Positions 54,476 to 62,744 of a stretch of 64,000 nt of DNA are shown here, one piece after another. A model generated the notes under the pieces. That model saw only the letters and a list, made by a program, of their open reading frames with translations. It was not told the origin of the DNA and ran no database searches. Source of the DNA: Cyanobacteriota bacterium (lineage in GTDB: Bacteria > Cyanobacteriota > Cyanobacteriia > PCC-6307 > Cyanobiaceae); contig JAYKHK010000024.1 of assembly GCA_035284785.1 (NCBI GenBank), positions 2,573 to 66,572 on the forward strand. Reading direction: 5' to 3'. The number at the start of each line of letters is the position of its first letter. Position 1 is the stretch's first letter. A program made the position numbers and the translations under genes.

Positions 54476-54709
54476 TCAGCCCTCTCCGCCCTCCCCTCCT
54501 TCGCCGCCCTCGCCCCCTTCTCCGCCTTCGCCCTCTTCCCGTTCCTTGTTGTCGTTCTCCTTGGAGGGTTGAACGTTTTGACCGGCGGGTGCGGATTTCA
54601 TCGCATCGCCACCTTGCTCCCCCTCCTCCCGGCCGGGATTGCAACCCGCCAGGGAGGTCACCAGGCCGGTGGTGGCTAGAAAGAGTGCAATGCTCTTGCG
54701 CGGCGTCAT
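54476..54709 (-). CDS. Small lipoprotein with C-terminal (GEG)6 repeat
   Basis: Signal peptide with LAGC lipobox; ends GEGGEGGEGGEGGEGGEG. Confidence 0.8.
   Translation of the reverse strand: MTPRKSIALFLATTGLVTSLAGCNPGREEGEQGGDAMKSAPAGQNVQPSKENDNKEREEGEGGEGGEGGEGGEGGEG
54479..54532 (-). repeat. 9-bp-period coding repeat (Gly-Glu-Gly x6)
   Basis: Six GEG units encoded with varied synonymous codons. Confidence 0.85.
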
Positions 54710-54801
54710 GGCAGCTGGGGCAGGGGAAAAAAAGCCACGAGAATGGCTGAATCCATTGAAGGCCGGGCGGCTCGTCCAGCCCAGCCCCGGGGCGTTGACC
54801 G

Positions 54802-55470
54802 ATGCAATTCTTTCTTGAGCCCTTGCTGCCTGCCCGAGAGGCGGAGCGGTTTTCCCAGCTGCTGGAGGCGGCCCCCCCTGAAGCTTGGCGGCCAGGGCAG
54901 GAGACGGCGGGTTGGCATGCGCGCGCGGTGAAACGCAACCGACAGCTGGATCGTCAGTCGCCCCTGCACGGGCAGCTGGAGGCGGAACTCTGTGCTGCTC
55001 TCAATGCCCATCCGCTGGTGCAAGCGGCCGCCTTTCCTCGCCGGATCCATGGCCTGCTCTTCAGCCGCATGGGCCCTGGGGAAGGCTACGGGCGCCATGT
55101 GGACAACGCCTGGATGGCCGGCGGCCGCGCCGATCTCTCCTTCACCCTTGCCCTGGGCGCGCCAGAGCGCTACCGGGGTGGAGAGCTGGTGTTGGAAAGC
55201 CCCCACGGCGAGGAGCCGATCCGCCTGCCGATGGGCCACGCGATTGTGTATCCGAGCACCAGCCTGCATCGGGTCGAGCCGGTGAGTTGGGGGGAGCGGC
55301 TGGTGGCGGTGGGTTGGATCGAGAGCCGCATCCGCCACAGCGCCCAGCGGGAGCTGCTGTTTGAGCTGGATACGGCGCGGCGGGCCGTGCATGGCCAAGA
55401 GGGAAAGGGCGAGATCTTCGATCTGATCAGCCGCAGCTACAGCAATTTGCTGCGCTGGTGGGAACGATGA
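54802..55470 (+). CDS. PKHD-type Fe(II)/2OG hydroxylase (PiuC/YbiX family)
   Basis: TAGWHARAVKRN, YGRHVDNA, YPSTSLHRVEPV, YSNLLRWW. Confidence 0.92.
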   Translation: MQFFLEPLLPAREAERFSQLLEAAPPEAWRPGQETAGWHARAVKRNRQLDRQSPLHGQLEAELCAALNAHPLVQAAAFPRRIHGLLFSRMGPGEGYGRHVDNAWMAGGRADLSFTLALGAPERYRGGELVLESPHGEEPIRLPMGHAIVYPSTSLHRVEPVSWGERLVAVGWIESRIRHSAQRELLFELDTARRAVHGQEGKGEIFDLISRSYSNLLRWWER

Positions 55471-56225
55471 GCGGCTTGGGCCTCCTGGGCGCGGCCCTGG
55501 CGGGCGTGGCTGCGGGAGTGGTGAACGCCCTGGCGGGTGGGGGCACCCTGATCAGCTTTCCGGCCCTCACAGCCCTCGGCCTCCCCCCCCTGATCGCCAA
55601 CCTCACCAACACCGTGGCCCTCACCCCTGGTTATTTGGGCGCGGCCTGGGCCCAGCGGCGGGATTTGAGCGGGCAGGGCGGGCGGGCCCGTTGGCTGGTG
55701 CCCGCTGCCCTGCTGGGGGGCCTGGCGGGTGGCTGGCTGCTGCTGGTGAGCGAGGAGCGGCTGTTCACGGCCCTGGTGCCCTGGCTGATTCTGGTGGGTT
55801 CGCTCCTGTTGGCGCTGCAGGATCGCCTCGGTGCGCTGGTGCGGGGGCGATCTCCCTCCGCTGGCCGCAGGGGCCTGCCCCTGCTGGCGCCGGTGGCGGT
55901 GGCCCTGGCAGCGGTGTATGGGGGCTACTTCGGGGCTGGCCTGAGTGTGATCCTGTTGGCGGCGCTGGCCCTCACCCTGGAGGACAGCTTCGTTCGCTTG
56001 AGCGGGTTGAAGCAACTCCTGGCGCTGGCCACCAATGTCAGCGCCGCCGTGGTGTTCGTGGGCAGCGGACGGGTGGCCTGGGACATGGGGCTGGCCCTGG
56101 CCGGTGGAGCGGTGCTGGGTGGGGGACTGGGGGGCGGGCTGGCCCGTCGGCTGAACGGCGAGGCGCTGCGCTGGGTTGTGGTGGTTCTGGGCCTGGCGAT
56201 TGGGCTGGGCTTGTTGCTGCGCTGA
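55467..56225 (+). CDS. Sulfite exporter TauE/SafE family protein
   Basis: NALAGGGTLISFPAL, YGGYFGAG; about 8 TM segments. Confidence 0.9.
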   Translation: MSGLGLLGAALAGVAAGVVNALAGGGTLISFPALTALGLPPLIANLTNTVALTPGYLGAAWAQRRDLSGQGGRARWLVPAALLGGLAGGWLLLVSEERLFTALVPWLILVGSLLLALQDRLGALVRGRSPSAGRRGLPLLAPVAVALAAVYGGYFGAGLSVILLAALALTLEDSFVRLSGLKQLLALATNVSAAVVFVGSGRVAWDMGLALAGGAVLGGGLGGGLARRLNGEALRWVVVVLGLAIGLGLLLR

Positions 56226-56270
56226 GGGCGCCAGTTGTGGCTTGGCCTGCCCGCGCGTGCTCGCCATTCG

Positions 56271-56313
56271 GTAGCAATGCCAACAGGGCTGCCCCCCGGG
56301 GGCTCCATAGGGT
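56271..56313 (+). promoter_or_regulatory. Putative NtcA-activated promoter of cynS
   Basis: GTA-N8-AAC followed 23 nt later by TAGGGT (TAN3T). Confidence 0.5.
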
Positions 56314-56337
56314 CCGCCAGCTGTTGCCTGCTTGCCT

Positions 56338-56781
56338 GTGGCTCTCTCCCCCCTCACCCCCACCCTGTTGGCCGCGAAGCAGCGCCTCGGCGTGAGCTTT
56401 GCCGAGCTTGGGGCTCGCCTCGGGGCAGATGAAGTGTGGGTGGCGGCCTTGCTTTACGGGCAGGCCACGGCCACCGCCGAGCAGGCGGCCACCCTGCTGC
56501 AAGCCCTGGAATTGGACGCCGCCCTGGCGCCCCAGCTCACCAGCTATCCGGTGAAGGGCGCCTTGGATCCCGTGCTGCCCACCGATCCGCTGTTGTATCG
56601 CTTCTACGAGATTCTGCAGGTGTATGGCCTGCCCTTGAAGGATGTGATCCAGGAGAAATTCGGTGACGGCATCATGTCGGCGATTGATTTCACCCTCCGC
56701 GTCGAGAAGGTGGAAGATCCGAAGGGCGATCGGGTGAAGGTGACGATGAACGGCAAGTTTTTGCCCTACAAAACTTGGTGA
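56338..56781 (+). CDS. cynS: Cyanate hydratase
   Basis: [30 protein letters not shown]. Confidence 0.96.
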   Translation: MALSPLTPTLLAAKQRLGVSFAELGARLGADEVWVAALLYGQATATAEQAATLLQALELDAALAPQLTSYPVKGALDPVLPTDPLLYRFYEILQVYGLPLKDVIQEKFGDGIMSAIDFTLRVEKVEDPKGDRVKVTMNGKFLPYKTW

Positions 56782-56874
56782 GTCGCTCCGCGGTTCGGTT
56801 GCATTGCCTCAGATGAGGAGGCGATTGCTTCAATGCCATTGATGAGGCAAGCTGGTTCCAGTGGAGGTTGGCCC

Positions 56875-57255
56875 ATGCCCGCTGCAAGTCGCTCGCCGGA
56901 AGCGGCCCGCGCTCTCGATGAAAGCGTGGTGTTGCGCAAGGCGCTTCAGCGGGCGGGGGAGGAGCTGGGCCTCAGTGCCCAGGAGGTGGCTCAGGCCGTG
57001 GGCAAGAGCCGCACCTTTTTTGAAACCGCCCGGGCCCAAACCCGCATCGACCCCCACACCCGCCAGATGATCGCCCTGGTGTTGCGCCTGCACCGCAGCC
57101 TCTCGGCCCTTGTGGGGGATGACATCAGCCTGATGCGGCACTGGATCGCCACCGCCAATCGCCACACGGGCGGATGCCCCCGCGATCAGCTCCAGGATCC
57201 TCAGCAGCTCGTGGAGCTGGTGCAATATCTCGATGCCATGCGCAGCCGCCCGTGA
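56875..57255 (+). CDS. Xre/MbcA/ParS family antitoxin
   Basis: GGAGG RBS; HTH LGLSAQEVAQAVG; WIATANRHTGGCP...VQYLDAMR. Confidence 0.88.
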   Translation: MPAASRSPEAARALDESVVLRKALQRAGEELGLSAQEVAQAVGKSRTFFETARAQTRIDPHTRQMIALVLRLHRSLSALVGDDISLMRHWIATANRHTGGCPRDQLQDPQQLVELVQYLDAMRSRP

Positions 57256-57998
57256 CTCGGCGGGGCACGGTGGATCTTCAGGCGCTCACGCCGCTGGAGG
57301 GTGTGGTGTTGCGCCTGGTGGAGCAGCAGGGGGTTCAGGCCACCCGCCGCCTCACCGACAGCCTGGATGAGCAAGCCTGGCTGGAGGACTTTCTGGAGGA
57401 GAGCAAGCCGGAGTTGCCCGATCCCCAGGAATGCCCGCTGCGGCATCGCTTGCTGCTCACCCCATTTCGCTACCGCAAGCGGTGTGGATCCAGGTTTGGC
57501 CTTCGCTGGGAGCGGGGGCTGTTTTATGGCTCTCGCAGCCGGCTCGGTTGCCTGCAGGAGGGCGCTTATTACGAATTGGTGTTTCAAAACGGCCCGGAGT
57601 TGCCATTCCCGCGCCCGGCTTCGATGCGCAAGACGCTCTTCCATGTGCAGGTGAGCACGGCAAGGGGACTCCAGCTGCAGTGCCAGAAGGGGCAGGCGCT
57701 GCAGCGGCGGCTGCGGGATCCTGAGGATTACAGCTTTTGCCAACAGCTGGGCCAGCAGATGCGGGGGGCGGGGATTGCGGCGTTTGAGTATCACTCCGCC
57801 CGCAGCCGGGAGCCTGTGGTGCAATTCGGGGCCCTCAGCTGTGGGGTGTTCGTCACCACCCCGTTCGATCAGGTGGAGGTGCAGCTGGAGGCCAGCCGGC
57901 AGGAGGTGGCCTTTCGCTGCCTGGATGACAACCGCGTGCACCACTTCGCGATCGATCCATTCCTGGTGAATGGCGACTTGCCCGCGCCAGCCATCTGA
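57252..57998 (+). CDS. RES domain toxin (NAD+ phosphorylase family)
   Basis: RLVE, TPFRY, GSRF, EGAYY, YHSAR; overlaps antitoxin stop by 4 bp. Confidence 0.88.
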   Translation: MTRRGTVDLQALTPLEGVVLRLVEQQGVQATRRLTDSLDEQAWLEDFLEESKPELPDPQECPLRHRLLLTPFRYRKRCGSRFGLRWERGLFYGSRSRLGCLQEGAYYELVFQNGPELPFPRPASMRKTLFHVQVSTARGLQLQCQKGQALQRRLRDPEDYSFCQQLGQQMRGAGIAAFEYHSARSREPVVQFGALSCGVFVTTPFDQVEVQLEASRQEVAFRCLDDNRVHHFAIDPFLVNGDLPAPAI

Positions 57999-58017
57999 GG
58001 CCGCCGCGGCTCCTGCC

Positions 58018-58437
58018 TCAGCCCACAAACCTTCCGTAGAGCCAGCGCACAAAGCCCCCGAGCACGGGCACCGGGCCGAAGGTGGGGCCCACGAAATCGA
58101 AGTAATCGCGGTGGTCGCAGATCTTGCCCTCCCCATCCAGCCGCAGCCTGGAGGTGCCCGGGTAGAGGAATTCGATCCCCTTGATCTTCAGCCCCATCTC
58201 CCACTCGATGAAAGCCACATCGCCTTCGATGGCGACGGCAGCGGGCACCAGGCTCACGTCATCGCACCGCTTGAGCAAACCCTCCTGGGCGTTCAGGTAG
58301 GCGTCGATGCCTTGGTGCTCCTGGGTGGGGTCTTGGAAATGCACGTTGTCGGCATAGAGGGCGCGCCACTGCTCCGGCGTCGGGCCCGGGGTGCCGTAGG
58401 GCTTGGTGAAGAGGGCGCGGAGGGTGGCGGCATCCAT
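58018..58437 (-). CDS. SnoaL/NTF2-like protein
   Basis: LYADNVHFQDP, GKICDHRDYFD. Confidence 0.88.
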   Translation of the reverse strand: MDAATLRALFTKPYGTPGPTPEQWRALYADNVHFQDPTQEHQGIDAYLNAQEGLLKRCDDVSLVPAAVAIEGDVAFIEWEMGLKIKGIEFLYPGTSRLRLDGEGKICDHRDYFDFVGPTFGPVPVLGGFVRWLYGRFVG

Positions 58438-58689
58438 GGCGGGTTGGGGGAGGGGCCGCAAGGGGTGCGGGGATGGGGAGGTTGGGCAATGAGTAGGGGT
58501 GAGCCTCGGCGCGGATTAACGTGGTTCTTGTGATGGTCTGCGCGGTGCGGTGCGCTGGCGTGGATGGCCTTAGCAGGCTTGCCAAGTGGGCAGCTTGAAG
58601 ACACAAGCTACCGCGTCTATGAATTGCAGGTGTTCAGATCTCATTCGATGGCGGCGTCATAGCGGCGACGATTGATTTCATCCTCCCTG

Positions 58690-59865
58690 TCAAGGAGGAG
58701 GATCCCACGTGCATCCAGGTGAGGGTAATGACGAATGGTCAGCGTCAAGAGCCTGTCTGAAATGATGCATTGGATTTTCGGGAGTCTCAGATTTTGACCA
58801 CCCCAGATCTACATCAGCAATGGCTTGACGACAGAGGGCTGCAAGCACCTTTTCCCTGGCATCATCCATGTTAAGAAGATATTGAATTAAACCTTTGGGG
58901 GGGCATTGGGACTCAAGACGATGGGCAAAATTGTCCTTGCTTAAAAGCTTGGCGAGCTTGCTAGCCATGTAATCATAACCGTAGGATTGGGCATCTAAAC
59001 TTGCTCCCAGGGCTTTGATTCCAACTTGCCAGCCAATTGCTGAGCGGTTAAGATTGCTCTTGCTTCCAAGCTCTTCTCCCCCCTGGATCGAGAGGGCTCC
59101 AAGCATGAAAAGGTGAATCGGTCGCTCTTGCTGTTTTCGTTCCGCCAGAATCTCTCTTGCCTCACAGAGTGCAAGCAAGGCAGGATTGTTCGCCCATAAT
59201 CCGCCATCAGTGTAGTATGCGAATATTTCACTCTTTTCCAGCTCGTTTCCGAGGCCATACTTGGCCTCGGAAAGCTTAGCGATGGATCGCAGAATCGGGG
59301 CTGCTGTTGATGCGCGGCAGATGTCTACGAAGGTGCGTTGTCCATCACGATCATTTAGCCTTGAGAGATGGGGCGTTTTAAACACAACAGGCTTGTTGCG
59401 ATTGAGGTCTACGGATGGAACAACCATGGCTATTTTACGATGATGATAGTTTTCTCCAAGGGTGATCTTGCCAAAGGCTTCGGTTAAAGCTTCTCTCAAC
59501 GATTGATCGCCTGAAGATAGACCCAACCCAAACGCACGGGGGATGTATTGAAGAAGGCTATTGGCTCGCATCCATTGGTGAGGAAAGATTTTTTTTCCAT
59601 AGTCTCTATACAGCTGCATCACCTTGTCCATTGGTACATGCAAAGCTAAAGCTGCAGCAACAATGGAGCCTGTGCTCGTGCCGGCAATCAGATCAAAGCA
59701 CTTTCCAATATCAATCCTGGTTGACCCATGGTCTGGGGCCTCACCTTGTCGGGCGCCAATGATTCGATGGGCAAATGTGTGGAGATAGGCTGCTTGATAC
59801 ATGCCACGCATTCCACCTCCATCAAGCGTGAGTACTCTGAATGGTTGTTTATCTTGAGCAGCCAT
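58690..59865 (-). CDS. Patatin-like phospholipase (CapV-like)
   Basis: LDGGGMRG, GTSTG nucleophile, FKTPH, ASTAAP, DGGLWANNP. Confidence 0.9.
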   Translation of the reverse strand: MAAQDKQPFRVLTLDGGGMRGMYQAAYLHTFAHRIIGARQGEAPDHGSTRIDIGKCFDLIAGTSTGSIVAAALALHVPMDKVMQLYRDYGKKIFPHQWMRANSLLQYIPRAFGLGLSSGDQSLREALTEAFGKITLGENYHHRKIAMVVPSVDLNRNKPVVFKTPHLSRLNDRDGQRTFVDICRASTAAPILRSIAKLSEAKYGLGNELEKSEIFAYYTDGGLWANNPALLALCEAREILAERKQQERPIHLFMLGALSIQGGEELGSKSNLNRSAIGWQVGIKALGASLDAQSYGYDYMASKLAKLLSKDNFAHRLESQCPPKGLIQYLLNMDDAREKVLAALCRQAIADVDLGWSKSETPENPMHHFRQALDADHSSLPSPGCTWDPPP

Positions 59866-59895
59866 TGCGTTTCAATTGAACAATGTGGGACAAAT

Positions 59896-60765
59896 CTAGC
59901 AAGAAGAGCTGATGATAGTTTTTCTGTTGCTTCGAATCCAAAGAACCAATAACAACACAAGGGCAAACAATACCTGTCGAAGATCACCGGCAATCCCGAC
60001 GGGAATCCCGATGAAGCGCAAGCCTTCAGGAAGCACAACCAAGAGGCTGACAGCAGGGAGAAGTGAGGATGCTTTGTCCATGCCTGCAATGATAACGATG
60101 GAGAGCAGCATAATGGAGTCGTTCAAATCAAAACTACTCGGGTCGATGTAAGCGATGTAAGAGGAGTAAAAACAACCTGGTAGCGCGGCCAGCCCAGACC
60201 CTAAAAGAAAAGATTGAAACTTAGCTAAATTGACATTTTTCCCAAGGCTTTCGCAAAAAATCTGATCTTCGCCAATGGCCAAAAGTAATCGGCCGAATGA
60301 TGAGCGTCTAAGATTATTTGCTATGAAAGCAAAAAGCAAGTAAGCAATGACCACCACGCAAAGCCACTCCACTTTGCTTGAAATCGGACTGCCAAAAAGG
60401 ATTGGTGATGGGATAGCGATGATGCCAAGAGGACCGTTGGTGAGGGTGGTGAGGTTCGTCAGTAGGGATGTGATGATGACTGCTATACCCATTGTGCACA
60501 CGATGAAATAATCATCGATTGTTTTGCGGGCAAGAAAGGCAACGGGAAAGGCAAGCAGTCCGGAAGCAATCATTGCCACGGGTAGTGTCCACCAGAAGTT
60601 CATACCAAAACGGACGCAAAGAATTGCTGATGTGTATGCTCCGACAGCGCAGAATCCCGCATGGGCTAGTGAGATGAGCTTCGTGTAACTGCTGCTGATT
60701 GATAAAGAAATAGCGAGCATGCCATAAATCGCCACTAGGATCAGGACATGAAGGAGATAGTCCAT
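59896..60765 (-). CDS. Branched-chain amino acid ABC permease (LivM-like)
   Basis: ISLAHAGF, LTNGPLGI, FGRLLLAIGED, LPEGLRF. Confidence 0.88.
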   Translation of the reverse strand: MDYLLHVLILVAIYGMLAISLSISSSYTKLISLAHAGFCAVGAYTSAILCVRFGMNFWWTLPVAMIASGLLAFPVAFLARKTIDDYFIVCTMGIAVIITSLLTNLTTLTNGPLGIIAIPSPILFGSPISSKVEWLCVVVIAYLLFAFIANNLRRSSFGRLLLAIGEDQIFCESLGKNVNLAKFQSFLLGSGLAALPGCFYSSYIAYIDPSSFDLNDSIMLLSIVIIAGMDKASSLLPAVSLLVVLPEGLRFIGIPVGIAGDLRQVLFALVLLLVLWIRSNRKTIISSSC

Positions 60766-60768
60766 TCT

Positions 60769-61635
60769 TCAGATGGCAATTTTGCGCAAGCGTCTGCCAC
60801 TCATCCCGAGAGGGCGAACGAGAAGAAAGAGGATCATGACGATAAATGAGACTGCATGGATCCACTTGCCTCCAAGCAGAACAGCCGCCAGGTTATTGAG
60901 AAAAGCAATCAGAACCGCACCCCCGAGCAGCCAGGCAGGTTCGCCGATTCCGCTCACAATCATCGTCACAGCTCCCGCCACCACGATAGAGAATCCAAGT
61001 CCCGGCTCCAGGCCCGTATCCCATGCGACGAGAGAGGCTGCAAGCCCTGCAATGGAGGAACCGGCCATCACGGAAAACGAGCGAATCCGTTCTGGTCTCA
61101 GACCATAGATTCGAGCCAGCAATGGCTGATAGGAAACGGCCAAAAGTTTACGGCCACTTGCAGTGTATTTGAGGACGACAAACATCGAGAAAGAAACAAG
61201 GGAAGCATTGATCAGCATTGCCAGCTGTGGAAGGGTGAGATACGCGGCAGTGCCAATTTGTATTGGAAAATTGCTCGGCCCTGCAAAGCTCTTCACATCA
61301 TCACCAAAGATGATCGAGAGGATGTGAATGCCAATGGTCAAGACAGCCAGGGAAGCGATAAGCGTCATGCTTGGATTCTTGGATTGTCGACGGATGGGTC
61401 CAAGCAAAGCCAATTCAATCATCAGCCCCATGAGTGCTGAGGCCATGACAGCTGCGGCTACTGCAAGAGGCAGGCCCACTTGGGGTTGGAGAGCCCAGGC
61501 CGCGTAGGCACCAACCAGGGCTGTGAACCCCAAACTGAGCGGAAAGCATCCTGTCGGCAGGTAGAGAAGGCTAACCGCCATACCAGCCATCAGATTCACC
61601 GCAGAGGATGCGAGCGTGTTAATCAGGAATTGCAT
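60769..61635 (-). CDS. Branched-chain amino acid ABC permease (LivH-like)
   Basis: MQFLIN, IELALLGPIR, GRKLLAVS, LLVRPLGM. Confidence 0.85.
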   Translation of the reverse strand: MQFLINTLASSAVNLMAGMAVSLLYLPTGCFPLSLGFTALVGAYAAWALQPQVGLPLAVAAAVMASALMGLMIELALLGPIRRQSKNPSMTLIASLAVLTIGIHILSIIFGDDVKSFAGPSNFPIQIGTAAYLTLPQLAMLINASLVSFSMFVVLKYTASGRKLLAVSYQPLLARIYGLRPERIRSFSVMAGSSIAGLAASLVAWDTGLEPGLGFSIVVAGAVTMIVSGIGEPAWLLGGAVLIAFLNNLAAVLLGGKWIHAVSFIVMILFLLVRPLGMSGRRLRKIAI

Positions 61636-61637
61636 GC

Positions 61638-62744
61638 TTAGTTGTATTGTTGCGCATGAACCAGCTGGAGTAACAAAGAGGTGTCAGCGTCTTGAATATG
61701 GGCGTACCGTGGGGAGTACCAGCGTTTGATTTCATCAAGTAGGGGAAGGATTGAAACTCCTCGAGAGTGGAAACTTCGAGCCTGCTTGATCCACTTGTTC
61801 AAGACCCAGCGGCGACTTCGGTTACTTTTCCCACTCAGTGTCGTGGCCCCATCTGCGTGAAGGAAAAGGAGGGCACACAACGTATCGACCAACCTGATTT
61901 GATCAGGATAGGTCAGGCTGAAGCCAGAGATAATTTGATTGACAAATGGCATCAGATGTCTAAATCGTGGCGTATGATGAATGATGCCACTTCCTTCTAG
62001 AATTGACTCTAATCGTTCGACACCAAAACCAGTTGCATGCATGAACTGTTTGGGAAGGGGCGATATTGAATAGAGAGAGTCTCGATTGAGCACCTCAAAT
62101 TCATAGGCAACTGAGGTGACAAGTTCTAGAAAACGTCCGCAAGTGCATAGGCCTGGAAGGCATTGATTGCACGTGAGATTTTGTGTGCCAAGATCAACAT
62201 AAAGTTCACAGCGGTAGCCACCAATGGGTTCCATGCTGTTGGCTACAAAGCCTTCTACGCCTGCCACGTCAACGATGCGTGAATCTGGAATGTCGAGGTG
62301 GTGCAGAATGTCAATGGCGACCGTGTCCTCTGGGAAAGGCCCGCAGCCAAGAACGTTTCCTCCTCCGAAACGTGTGGCCCAGAAGCGATCAGGGGGAATG
62401 GAGCAGGTCGTTGTTAAGAACTTAAAAATATGCTCCATTGTTGTCCATCGTCCATTCGGCAGAAATGAACTGCATGCGACCATTTCAAAAAAGGAGAGAT
62501 GGGTTTTATCCCCAACATTGGGTAGATCCCAATACCGAACGCAGGGCTGACACACATGACAGAGATCTGGATAGCGGTGAGATTTGGAGTTGATTTCATC
62601 GATCAACAATGTTGGCCCAGCACTGGGGGTAAAGGCTGTACGAAAAAATGGACTGGTTAACGGTTCGTGAGGGACTTTTGGAAACAGGGCTTGGCTTTGA
62701 TGGGAGAAGACGCTACCGATGAACGGTTCTATTGTGATTGTCAT
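61638..62744 (-). CDS. Truncated alanyl-tRNA synthetase paralogue (catalytic domain only)
   Basis: QPCVRYWDLPNVG..HLSFFEM (motif 2), RCELYVD, CGRFLEL, TGFGVERL (motif 3), FLHADG. Confidence 0.85.
   Translation of the reverse strand: MTITIEPFIGSVFSHQSQALFPKVPHEPLTSPFFRTAFTPSAGPTLLIDEINSKSHRYPDLCHVCQPCVRYWDLPNVGDKTHLSFFEMVACSSFLPNGRWTTMEHIFKFLTTTCSIPPDRFWATRFGGGNVLGCGPFPEDTVAIDILHHLDIPDSRIVDVAGVEGFVANSMEPIGGYRCELYVDLGTQNLTCNQCLPGLCTCGRFLELVTSVAYEFEVLNRDSLYSISPLPKQFMHATGFGVERLESILEGSGIIHHTPRFRHLMPFVNQIISGFSLTYPDQIRLVDTLCALLFLHADGATTLSGKSNRSRRWVLNKWIKQARSFHSRGVSILPLLDEIKRWYSPRYAHIQDADTSLLLQLVHAQQYN

Noticed and set aside
54710-54801. Possible Fur box (GAGAATGGCTGAATCCATT)
   Set aside because: Only half resembles the consensus; too weak to call
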